Shown: one piece after another, positions 43,745-53,038 of the stretch
How the letters are laid out: each line of letters opens with the position of its first letter
Numbering within the stretch: the first letter of the stretch is position 1
Assembly (NCBI GenBank): GCA_004764695.1
Contig: SMSO01000014.1
Coordinates: 2,537,648 to 2,601,647 of the forward strand
Direction of reading: 5' to 3'
DNA from: Schizochytrium sp. TIO01
Lineage: Eukaryota > Protista > Bigyra: Labyrinthulomycetes
DNA length: 64,000 bases
Program-made: the position numbers and the translations under genes
The notes under the pieces: generated by a model
What the model saw: only the letters and a program-made list of their open reading frames with translations
Databases searched by the model: none
What the model was told of the DNA's origin: nothing

Positions 43745-46700
43745 ATGGGGGACCAAGATGGCATCCTCTCTGCGGAGCTCCTTGAGCAGCTCGGCGAAAA
43801 CATCGAATCTGGTGGCTCTTTGTTAGCCGAGCGTCGTAAATTGACAGAAGAGGAGAAACGCGAGCGTAAACTCAAACCAAGGTTTACCTTGGAAACGCTT
43901 CCTGCTGCTCGTCCAGACAACGCTGTACCTTCGTTGAAACGTAGCAAGCGTGGGGCTGAGGAGTACCATGAGGTTCGAAAAGACTCCAAGCGCAAGAAAA
44001 AGGCCCTTGCCAAAATTGAAGATGACAAACGCCGCAAGGAGCGTCGACGTGAACTTTTTGCATCTCTATCCGAAAATCAGTTAACGCCACAAGAACAAAG
44101 TCTCTTAGTGTCCAGTGCTGCCATTGGTTCCAAAGAAACCCTTCGCGATCGTCTTCGCATGGACCTTAGACGTGAGCGTGCTGGTATCGACAATTTGGAG
44201 GAAGAGCTACCAACAGCAGTGAGTAATAAGAAGAAGAAACGCTCACGTAGCAAGAAAGCCAAAGCCACCAACGCGAATGATGCTGATAACGCTTCGGGAG
44301 CACGCCTACAGGTATCTGCGCCGACAATTCAAGAGAGCAGCGATGAGTCAGACTCTGATTCTGAGGCCGAGACTGCACCTGCGATTTTGTCTACAGGAAA
44401 GACTACAGGCGAAACAAAGGATAACGCTGATGACAAGCAAGACGACAAGCAAAAATCTGAAGATAAATTGTCAACAACCAAAAACCAAACAGAAGACGTT
44501 GTTATGGCGTCTGCTAGCGACGATGAGGATGGCGACAGTGAGAAAAAAGAAACTACCGACGAGCCTAAATCTCCGCGAGAGGAGAACTTTGTGGTTCGTA
44601 TTAAACGTACGCCAGAGGTTGAGGAAAGTCGTGGTAAACTTCCTGTGAGCATGATGGAGCAAGAAATTATGGAGGCTATCTCTCACAATGCTGTGACTGT
44701 TCTGTGTGGTGAAACAGGTTCTGGAAAAACAACTCAGGTTCCTCAGTTCCTTTTTGAGGCTGGTTATGGCTGCAAGGAAGCTCCAAATCCTGAGCTCCGC
44801 GGTCTCATTGGTGTTACGCAGCCTCGTCGTGTAGCCACGGTGAGTATGGCCGAACGTGTTGCAAACGAGCTTGGTGATCACTCGAAGGATGTGGGTTACC
44901 AAATTCGATATGATTCGCGCACAATTACATCTAAGACACGCGTCAAATTCATGACTGATGGTGTTCTTCTTCGTGAAGCTCGCGAGGACTTGCTTCTGCG
45001 CAAATACTCAGTAATTGTTTTGGATGAGGCTCACGAACGAAACCTGAACACAGATATTCTTCTCGGTCTCCTTTCTCGCGTAGTTCCTTTGCGTGACGAA
45101 ATTTTTCGTGATAAGTCTATCCCGGATGTTTACCCTCTTCGAGTGATTATCATGTCTGCTACCCTTCGTGTTGACGATTTTGCACGCAATCCAAGACTGT
45201 TTACTACGCTCTCTCCGCCTGTTGTGAAGGTGGATGCTCGTCAATTTCCTGTAACGACTCACTCTAGCCGTCGTACAGAAATGCGCAATTATCTTGCTGC
45301 TACATTCAAGAAAACGTGTGCGGTGCACCGCCGCCTGCCTGCAGGTGCTGTGCTTGTGTTTTTGACAGGCCAGCGTGAGATCGAGTGGATGGTGACCCAA
45401 CTTCGTAACAAATTCAATGGTGGTAAACGTAATGTTCCTCTGTCCGAGCAGACCCACAACAAGGCTTCGAATCTAATTTCCGACAAGAAGGAGGAGAACT
45501 CCACCCCAAAGACTAAGAAGGATGAAAACGAGGAAGGCAAGAAGCAAGAGAGTAAGGATGGGGATGTACCTGAAGAAGACATTGACTACAGTGATATTGA
45601 CAGTGCTGAATCTGGGGATGAGGAAGATGAAGAAGATGCTGCTCTCTCCGATAGTGACGACGACGGTGAGAACAAATCTAAGAAAAAAGAAGAGGCACCA
45701 CCAAAGGTTATTTCCACTTCAGCAAATGCCCGGATCAAGGCTGCGTCGGCACGTATTAATTCTTCTCGGGAGTCTGATGTGGCCCCGGTTCATGTTTTGC
45801 CTCTCTACTCACGTTTGCCTACTGCTCAGCAGATGGAGGTTTTCAAGGAGGTTCCAGAAGGTCATCGTTTGATTGTTGTGTCTACCAACGTAGCTGAGAC
45901 ATCTGTGACTATTCCCGGCATCCGTTACGTGGTGGATTGTGGTCGTGAGAAACGCAAGGTCCATGACCAGTACAGTGGTACATCCAAGTTTGAGATTGGT
46001 TGGATCTCACAGGCTTCAGCAAACCAACGTATGGGTCGTGCTGGCCGTACTGGCCCTGGTCACTGCTACCGTCTTTTCTCATCTGCAGTGTTCAACGACC
46101 AATTCGAAGCCTTCGGCCAGCCTGAGATTGATCGCCTGCCAATTGAAGATGTTGTGCTTTACATGAAAACTCTCGGTATCGAGAATGTGGAATCATTTCC
46201 GTTTCCCTCTGCACCTGAGACACTTGCTATCCAGGCGGCAGAGTCCCGCCTTGTACAGCTTGGTGCTCTCGTGAAAAAGAAGACAAAGCGCAAGGATATT
46301 ATCCGTGCTGCAATGTCTAATATGCGGACTACTATTACTCCTTTGGGTCGTCGCATGACCCATTTTCCTGTTCGAGCTCGTTTGGCAAAGATGCTTTCAA
46401 TTGTAGCATGCGATACCGATCAGTCACTCCGTCGTGTTGCTTATGTTGTTTGCGTTGTTGCCGCTCTCAGTCTGCAAGAGCCATTTCTACACCAGCAGGT
46501 AATTGATGAGGGCAAAAGCTCAATGAAGCTGGGCAAGGAAGATGAAAGTACTGGAGAGGACACTGGAGATAACGCAAACAAGGCGAGCACCGATGATGAA
46601 AAGAAGCGCCGCTTGCGTGAAGAAGCAAACAAGATCAAGTCCCGCTGGTTCAACGATACTAGTGATGTCATTGGTCTTCTAACAGCTCATGGTGCTTACA

Positions 46701-47848
46701 CGCACATGGCGTTGACGCAAACTACGCGACAGACAGATAAGTTCTGCAAAGAGAATTTCTTGCATATCAAGACCATGCGTGAGCAGTTGCAACTTCGCCA
46801 ACAGCTTGCTTCTATCGTGGCTAAAATGCGTGCTGCTGCTATGATGAACAAGGACCCAGACTCTGATGTCGAGGAATCTGATGTGGATGATGACTCTGAT
46901 GACGAGATGGAGAGCGCTCGCACAATCTCGAATGCGCTTCGGGGATCTCTACAACCCCCTAAGGCTGCCGATTTACTGTACCTGAGACAAGTTGTGACGG
47001 CAGGCTATTTGGATCAAGTCGCTCGCAAGATGACTCGTGACGAAGCCCGCAGCGTCGCTGATGCTTACGGATTTAAGCTCAAGAAGAAGCGATGGCCTTA
47101 CATGGCCTGCAGTCTGGGTGTGAACGAGCCTCTATTCTTGTCACCGCACAGCAACATCATGGCTAGTGGAAATGATCTTCCCGAGTTTGTCGTTTACGGC
47201 CACGTTGACGCTGTAGAACAGACCAACTTGAATACCATCCCCAACGATGATGATGACGACGATGAAGAGGACGAGAAGCACAAGAGCGTTGACAATGCAC
47301 CCCGCGATCCTCTCCACTACATGCGTCAAGTTACAGCCATTGATCCTGCATGGCTTTTTGAGCTTTCTAAGGGCACTGAGCAATGCTCCCTTTCAGCTGT
47401 ACTCGAGCACCCTCCCCCGAGCTATGAGGCGAAACGTGATGAGTTGGTGGCCTGTGTTCACCCTCTTTTTGGACCGCGTCGCTGGAAATTGCCCGTGCAA
47501 TGGCTTAAGTTCCCGGCTTCAACTGGCGAGGAGGTGCGTGAGCGCTCTCGCTGGTTTGCTCGTGCTTTGCTAGAAGGTAAGGTTCTGCCAATCTTCAAGG
47601 ATTTTAAGGATTGGTATGCTGTGCCGACAGCGTACATGACCCGCAAGGTTCAAGACGTTCGCGTGCAATTGCTGCAGAAGGCTTTGGAAAGTGGTCCACG
47701 TCGTGGTCAGCCTGTTATCTCAAAGCGGGACCTTTTCCGCGCCTGGGAGTCCAAACCTCAGTATCTGTTTACCGAGCTGCAGCAATGGATTGTAAAGGAG
47801 AAGCGCAAGGAATTCCGCGATATGTGGCAGCGTATTCTTCAGAGTTAA
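43745..47848 (+). CDS. DHX37: DEAH-box RNA helicase DHX37/Dhr1 (Ecm16), SSU biogenesis
   Basis: GETGSGKTTQVPQFLFEAGY, TQPRRVA, DEAHER, MSATLRV, RQFPV, STNVAETS, QRMGRAGRTGPGHCYRL; Dhr1-type N-terminus and acidic insert. Confidence 0.93.
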   Translation: MGDQDGILSAELLEQLGENIESGGSLLAERRKLTEEEKRERKLKPRFTLETLPAARPDNAVPSLKRSKRGAEEYHEVRKDSKRKKKALAKIEDDKRRKERRRELFASLSENQLTPQEQSLLVSSAAIGSKETLRDRLRMDLRRERAGIDNLEEELPTAVSNKKKKRSRSKKAKATNANDADNASGARLQVSAPTIQESSDESDSDSEAETAPAILSTGKTTGETKDNADDKQDDKQKSEDKLSTTKNQTEDVVMASASDDEDGDSEKKETTDEPKSPREENFVVRIKRTPEVEESRGKLPVSMMEQEIMEAISHNAVTVLCGETGSGKTTQVPQFLFEAGYGCKEAPNPELRGLIGVTQPRRVATVSMAERVANELGDHSKDVGYQIRYDSRTITSKTRVKFMTDGVLLREAREDLLLRKYSVIVLDEAHERNLNTDILLGLLSRVVPLRDEIFRDKSIPDVYPLRVIIMSATLRVDDFARNPRLFTTLSPPVVKVDARQFPVTTHSSRRTEMRNYLAATFKKTCAVHRRLPAGAVLVFLTGQREIEWMVTQLRNKFNGGKRNVPLSEQTHNKASNLISDKKEENSTPKTKKDENEEGKKQESKDGDVPEEDIDYSDIDSAESGDEEDEEDAALSDSDDDGENKSKKKEEAPPKVISTSANARIKAASARINSSRESDVAPVHVLPLYSRLPTAQQMEVFKEVPEGHRLIVVSTNVAETSVTIPGIRYVVDCGREKRKVHDQYSGTSKFEIGWISQASANQRMGRAGRTGPGHCYRLFSSAVFNDQFEAFGQPEIDRLPIEDVVLYMKTLGIENVESFPFPSAPETLAIQAAESRLVQLGALVKKKTKRKDIIRAAMSNMRTTITPLGRRMTHFPVRARLAKMLSIVACDTDQSLRRVAYVVCVVAALSLQEPFLHQQVIDEGKSSMKLGKEDESTGEDTGDNANKASTDDEKKRRLREEANKIKSRWFNDTSDVIGLLTAHGAYTHMALTQTTRQTDKFCKENFLHIKTMREQLQLRQQLASIVAKMRAAAMMNKDPDSDVEESDVDDDSDDEMESARTISNALRGSLQPPKAADLLYLRQVVTAGYLDQVARKMTRDEARSVADAYGFKLKKKRWPYMACSLGVNEPLFLSPHSNIMASGNDLPEFVVYGHVDAVEQTNLNTIPNDDDDDDEEDEKHKSVDNAPRDPLHYMRQVTAIDPAWLFELSKGTEQCSLSAVLEHPPPSYEAKRDELVACVHPLFGPRRWKLPVQWLKFPASTGEEVRERSRWFARALLEGKVLPIFKDFKDWYAVPTAYMTRKVQDVRVQLLQKALESGPRRGQPVISKRDLFRAWESKPQYLFTELQQWIVKEKRKEFRDMWQRILQS

Positions 47849-49283
47849 TGTTCTTTGGTGTTGTTAGTTAGAGTATGAGTTGTAACGCACTGTCCAGATT
47901 TGCGAAATGATTTTAATATCCATCTTACCCGTTTCCTATGTTATGCTTCGATCATCTTGCGAGCCAGAAGAGGCCAAAAATCCAACCTCGTTTTCTCACA
48001 ACCAGTTAAATTCCTAGGGTCTAATGTAGAGTCAAGGCACATGTAATGAGCAGCGAGCTAGAGAAGACGAGATTTCGGATTGAAGTTTTGTAAAACGGTT
48101 AAGAGTCTCTTCGCAGAGATACTCCTCTCTCTCTAGTCACAGATTTAAAAAAGAGAATGATTTTGGGCCCGTGAGTAAAGAAAAAACAAATAAAATATCT
48201 ATCGCTTAAGATCGATCGATTTCCTACGATGATCCACCACATGTTGTTTTCTGCAAACAATAAAAGAAAAGTAGAAGAAGAAAAGGGAAAAAACGAAATG
48301 AACCAAGAAAGCCTTCTATGACAATAGAAATCTCAAGTGTTGAATCATACTCGTCAATGAGAAACATGTTCGTTGCAGCAAGGTGGAGTGGGCTAAATTT
48401 AATTTGATTGTCAGCATGAAGCATCTCAAACCAATTGCTAGTTATTCAAAGGCTAAAGTTGTAGGGGAAAGAGGAGGAGAGAAGGCAAGCATAAGAGATA
48501 TAAGGTTCTCCTGTTCCAGGATGAACATAGATCGGATATTTCATCAAGTTAAAGCAAGATATCAGTACGACCCAAGGGGTAACAAAACACCTGTTAGAGT
48601 GCCATACCAGTATCACAGATGCACTCAGTTGAACTAAGCCTCAGTACATAGAGATTGCAACGAACACTAATATACGATTGGAGCTTGAAGCAAAACTGAT
48701 CAGCCCAGTGATCTGAAATCCCCATTTAAAACGGTCTCAAGCAGGTGGACAAAGGATGTGATGAACGAACAAACAAATTTCCTTCATTCAAACCACACAC
48801 AATCATTTATCCAGCGAAGGTGAGCCTCAAGTTATTGTCAGACGTAGTGATGTGGAGAGTCGCAGCATATGGTTATTGCACACGAAAGGTTCGTAATCAC
48901 CCCTGAGAAACGATAACAAAAGGACACGGGAAAGTAGGAACATGAGATCGTAAGAATGTAAGAATGTGTGAGTGAGTAAGTAAGTATGTAGGTAGTAATT
49001 GGGTGGTGTGTTTGGCATGTAGCTTGAGTTTTTGTGCTGACTGAGATTGATCGGAGGCAGGTAGTTAGTTAGTAATTGATTTCGTTCCTGCAGGCAGGCA
49101 GGCAGGCCAGCCAACAAGCAAGAACCCAACCAAACTATAGACGCGACGCAAGAAGGAGAAAGCATCCGACTTCACTCATACTTTTGCTTCTTCTACTACT
49201 GTTGTTGTTGTTGTTGAGAATAAGCAAACGAACGTATAAATGAATGGGGGAATACATGCTCCCCAGGCCTGCAATTCTGCAGT

Positions 49284-49745
49284 TTACTCCATCTTCTTTT
49301 TGGCAAAATCTACAATGAGTCCATCCATGTGCGGCCTCCAGGTGATGGGAACGGAGTCAGGCCACACGGGGGTGTTGGTGCCAGTGTAGGCCTCCTTGGG
49401 GATCTCGTCTTCGCAGGCGTAGACGATCTCAGGGGGAGGGGGCGGGTTGCGCATGAACTTGGTGCCGCCAGGCATGTAGATGTAGGCGTAGGGGTCCGGG
49501 TGGAGCTTCTCAAAGTACTCCTTCTCGCCAGCCTCCACGGCACCGCGGCCTGCGTCCACGGACTTGACTGCGTCAAAGCGAGCGCGGAGCTCGTCGGAGG
49601 CCTCGTAGAACACCTGGCGATCCACGGCGTACGACATGAGCATCTTGAGCGACTTGCGGTACAACCGCGTCACACGCTGCTTGTGCGAGAGGGGTCCCTC
49701 GTGGTGCTTCACCTGCGCCACAGCGGCGCGAAAGAACTTGTCCAT
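49284..49745 (-). CDS. NDUFB9: NADH:ubiquinone oxidoreductase subunit B22/NDUFB9 (LYR family)
   Basis: HKQRVTRLYRKSLK...LRARFD...HPDPY..PGGTKFMRNPPPP; strongly biased codon usage. Confidence 0.92.
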   Translation of the reverse strand: MDKFFRAAVAQVKHHEGPLSHKQRVTRLYRKSLKMLMSYAVDRQVFYEASDELRARFDAVKSVDAGRGAVEAGEKEYFEKLHPDPYAYIYMPGGTKFMRNPPPPPEIVYACEDEIPKEAYTGTNTPVWPDSVPITWRPHMDGLIVDFAKKKME

Positions 49746-49751
49746 GGCGAC

Positions 49752-50116
49752 CTACGAAGTCAAGTCGCGAACCGGCCTCAAGCGATCTCAGCGCTTCTTC
49801 TTCTTCGGCTTTTGCTTTATCCTCCTCTCTCCTCTATTAAGATCATCATCCATCGCTAATAATCACTCAAAACACTCATTATTCATTCATTCATTCATTC
49901 ATTCATCAATTCATTCATTCATTCTTTTATTCATTCATTCATTATTCATTAATTCATTCATTAATTCATTCATTAATTCATTAATTCATTCATTCATTCA
50001 TTCATTCACTCTTTTATTCATTCATTCATTCATTCATTCATTAATTCATTCATTTCGCATTAACTCCGCATCAATCGACTTTCCCCCCCATTCCCCACTT
50101 GCGCGCCCCCACTTAC
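49752..50116 (-). other. Candidate 5'-UTR intron of NDUFB9
   Basis: Minus-strand GTAAGT at 50116 and cttgacttcgTAG acceptor six nt before the ATG; contains the (ATGA)n tract. Confidence 0.35.
49875..50053. repeat. (TCAT)n compound microsatellite
   Basis: Directly visible. Confidence 0.95.
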
Positions 50117-50293
50117 TATAGACCTTTCGCCGCGCAAGTCACTTATACGCTATTCTTCACTTCCCATTCTCCACTTGTCCGCTCTTCTCCTCCCTCCAGC
50201 CAGACCCGCGCCAGTTCATCCGCTCGCCCCGCCGCCCTGCCGCGCTGGCCCTCGCTTGCGGCCGCTCTCTCTGCCTCCTCCTCTGTCTCCTCC

Positions 50294-50346
50294 GCCGCCT
50301 CTCCGCCGCCGCTCGCCGCCTCTCCGCCGCCGCTCGCCGCCTCTCC
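50294..50346. repeat. GC-rich 21-bp tandem repeat (GCCGCCTCTCCGCCGCCGCTC) x ~2.5
   Basis: Directly visible upstream of NDUFB9. Confidence 0.8.
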
Positions 50347-50633
50347 TCCGCCACGCCGCGTCGCGGACTCTCGCGCAGCGCAAGAGAGAAAGAGGGAGAG
50401 AGAAAAAAGAAAGAAAGCAGAGGCCTCAGCAGCAGGCAGCCCCTAGCGCGCATCTACCCTTTACTGTAGGGATAAGCGACTATAAGCTATATGGAGCTGC
50501 TACAGCAGTGCAGCGGTAGCAAGGCGCTAGGAGTGCCTATGGAGGGGGTCCTAGGCGAAGCGGTAGGTGAGGGGTAGGGCAGCAGGGGAGGGACAGAGGG
50601 GATGAGGGCCTAACTAACGACCCGAATTGAGCA

Positions 50634-50765
50634 CATATGTGTGTATATATGTATGTATGTGTATATATGTATATGCGTATATATGTATATGTGTATATAT
50701 ATGTGTAAATATATATGTATATGTATGTATGTGTGTGTATGTATGTATGTGTATATGTATGTATA
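50634..50765. repeat. (TA)/(TG) compound alternating purine-pyrimidine tract
   Basis: Directly visible; a separate (TA)n lies at 51103-51127. Confidence 0.92.
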
Positions 50766-53038
50766 GGTGTGGAATGTGAGATAGGATAAGTGTGTTGTGC
50801 GTATATACTTGTGGAATGCTATGGAAGTATGGATGGGATGGGATGACTTTGCGAGATGGAGCGAAGAACGGAGTCTTCGAGTGGAGGAGGCGTTTATTTG
50901 TTTATTTATTTATTCATTCATTTCGAGGTCGTCATTCATAGGTCGTCGTTTGCAGTTTACGACTTGCGGTGCAAGGCTGATGGAGGTTTCAAGGTGCAGG
51001 GCTGAGCCATTCATGCAGCTTGTGAGCTGTATTGTAATTCCTTGGGAGCTCGTGGAGAGTGCAGTGCCTACTTCGTTTTGGAGTTTGGGGTAAACTGCGA
51101 GGTATATATATATATATATATATATATTGCTGCAATTTGGTGAATATCGTGAAGACTAATCTTGGGCTCTTGTCGCAAACATCTTAGAGATAAAGGATAT
51201 CTCAGGGCCATGATGAAAGGAAAAGTGCAAGTGCTCTAAACAATCCCATGACACAGGGGGACAATGCAACTATTATCGACAAACCCATGGATCAGGATGA
51301 AGCTTGCCAGCAGATCTCACTTGCACGATATTCCACTCTTACAAATAATAACTTTATATTTAGAATCGTGAAGCACATTAGGAACTACTATGGGATACTA
51401 AACATATACGAGGTTCGAATACATGCTCTATGTTCTGTATTATATTGACCCGCGCATATACTTTCATGCTAATATACCCATGTACGGGTATAAGGTTTCC
51501 CTATCAACTATAACAAGTACACCATGGAGGTAATAAAGATCCACATGATCAGTCTTCTTTCTAGCCTATATCTAAATACATTTAAGGGTTATATGCAAAG
51601 CACTAGGGGGGGCTTAGCAGCTGCAGTGAATTCGGCGCATACACGCGCCGAAGAAAGTACTACCCTTCTTAGGAGCGCACACCTAGCCGGGGACATTTAC
51701 CTAGACCAAGGCGAGGAGGATATGAGCGCCAGCAACATGACGGTGCAACGAAAGAGTTGAAGTGTTGATAACTCAGAAGCCTAAAAGTCAAGGAAGAACT
51801 AAGCAACGAAGAGAGTTCATCAGCAGCCAAAGTTTTGATGAATCGACTAAATTTTGCAACAATCTGCAGTGCTGAAGGAGATCAGGAAACATGAGTCACA
51901 CGTAACTCCAATTACATTTCTTTCCACATAAAGTCACGGTCTGGTTGAGAAAAGCGTCAAAAACCTCCCCATCAAAGACTTCACGAATACCATGAACTAT
52001 TGTTGAGACTAAAAGGTCAACTCTGTCCAATGAAGGCTGGCCTTCTGATATAGACATCCTATTTTTATTGCGCTGATACGCATTGTAAGCGATCCTGAAT
52101 AGAAAACGAAGAGATGTAGCTCGAAGAACTTCAGAAGCGATTTTCACCTTGATATCAGCTCTGGGCATCTCCAAATGCGTTGATTCAGGGCCCTGCTAGC
52201 CACAGGCTTTTCGTATGTGCATCCTGATGGCCTTAACCACGCCAGTCTAACCTCAGCTGCAGTTTACGTCCTCTAAAAGCGTGACATGCTCCTGCAAGTC
52301 TCAGGCGTGAAGGAACCTGAGTGCCTGCATCCTTGGGCCGCTGTGCTCCTTTGACACAGTTTTGACACTAAGTCTGACTAGTTTTCTTCACCCAGGCGCT
52401 CGCATCCTCTGCAAGAGAGCTGGCGCTCTGCCACAACAGCGAGCTTGCTTTCTACAATACCTTGTCCCCTGCGAGTTTGGTGTTTGCTTCTTTAAATGCT
52501 TTTCATCTCTTTATGATTTAGAAACCCCCTAAAAATAATAAATAACTTATTTGAAGTAAAAATATTTTATCTCAAGAACCCCTTTTCTTCACAAAGTAAT
52601 AAAAAGTTGGAGCCTTTCACAGCAGCACATGAGTGTGATACTGTCTTAGATTTCTCACCACGTTTCCATAAGGGTACATAAAACTTTGCATGCCAAGTTC
52701 CTAGCCAGTATGACTTTACGATGATGACGATTCTTCCTTTGTTTCTCTATTTTGTTGTCGAGTTATTCATTTCAATTTCTACCCAGAGTCATCATCATGT
52801 CAGTGATGATGATAATCATTTTCTAAAATTTAAAACAAGAAAGAAAATATGATAAAATATTATAATATAGTGTTTGCGAGTAATTAACTCCTTTTTAAGC
52901 ATTCTCTTTTTCACCAGTTCGGATGAAAGTTTGGACTTTTCGAAGACCATCTCGAGACGGACCCTGCGCCAAATCGTGAACCTCTGGGGGCGTATTAGCG
53001 ATTGCTCGGGAACCGCCGATGCACAAGCGGAGGGGGCT

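Noticed and set aside
3655-50555. CCTAGG palindromes upstream of many genes (3655, 10619, 24879, 31578, 37669, 37765, 42151, 50550)
   Set aside because: Total count is near random expectation for a 6-mer in 64 kb, and TAG avoidance in coding regions can explain the intergenic bias.
51405-51425. GGTTCGAAT T-loop-like motif (tRNA?)
   Set aside because: No surrounding cloverleaf stems or A box.
51896-52174. 92-aa ORF whose frame stays open after a TGA (possible Sec or readthrough)
   Set aside because: No selenoprotein motif, recognisable domain or SECIS; non-ATG start.
52715-52820. ATGATGA/TCATCAT inverted repeats resembling snoRNA boxes
   Set aside because: Explained by short (ATG)n runs; no correctly placed D box and stem.
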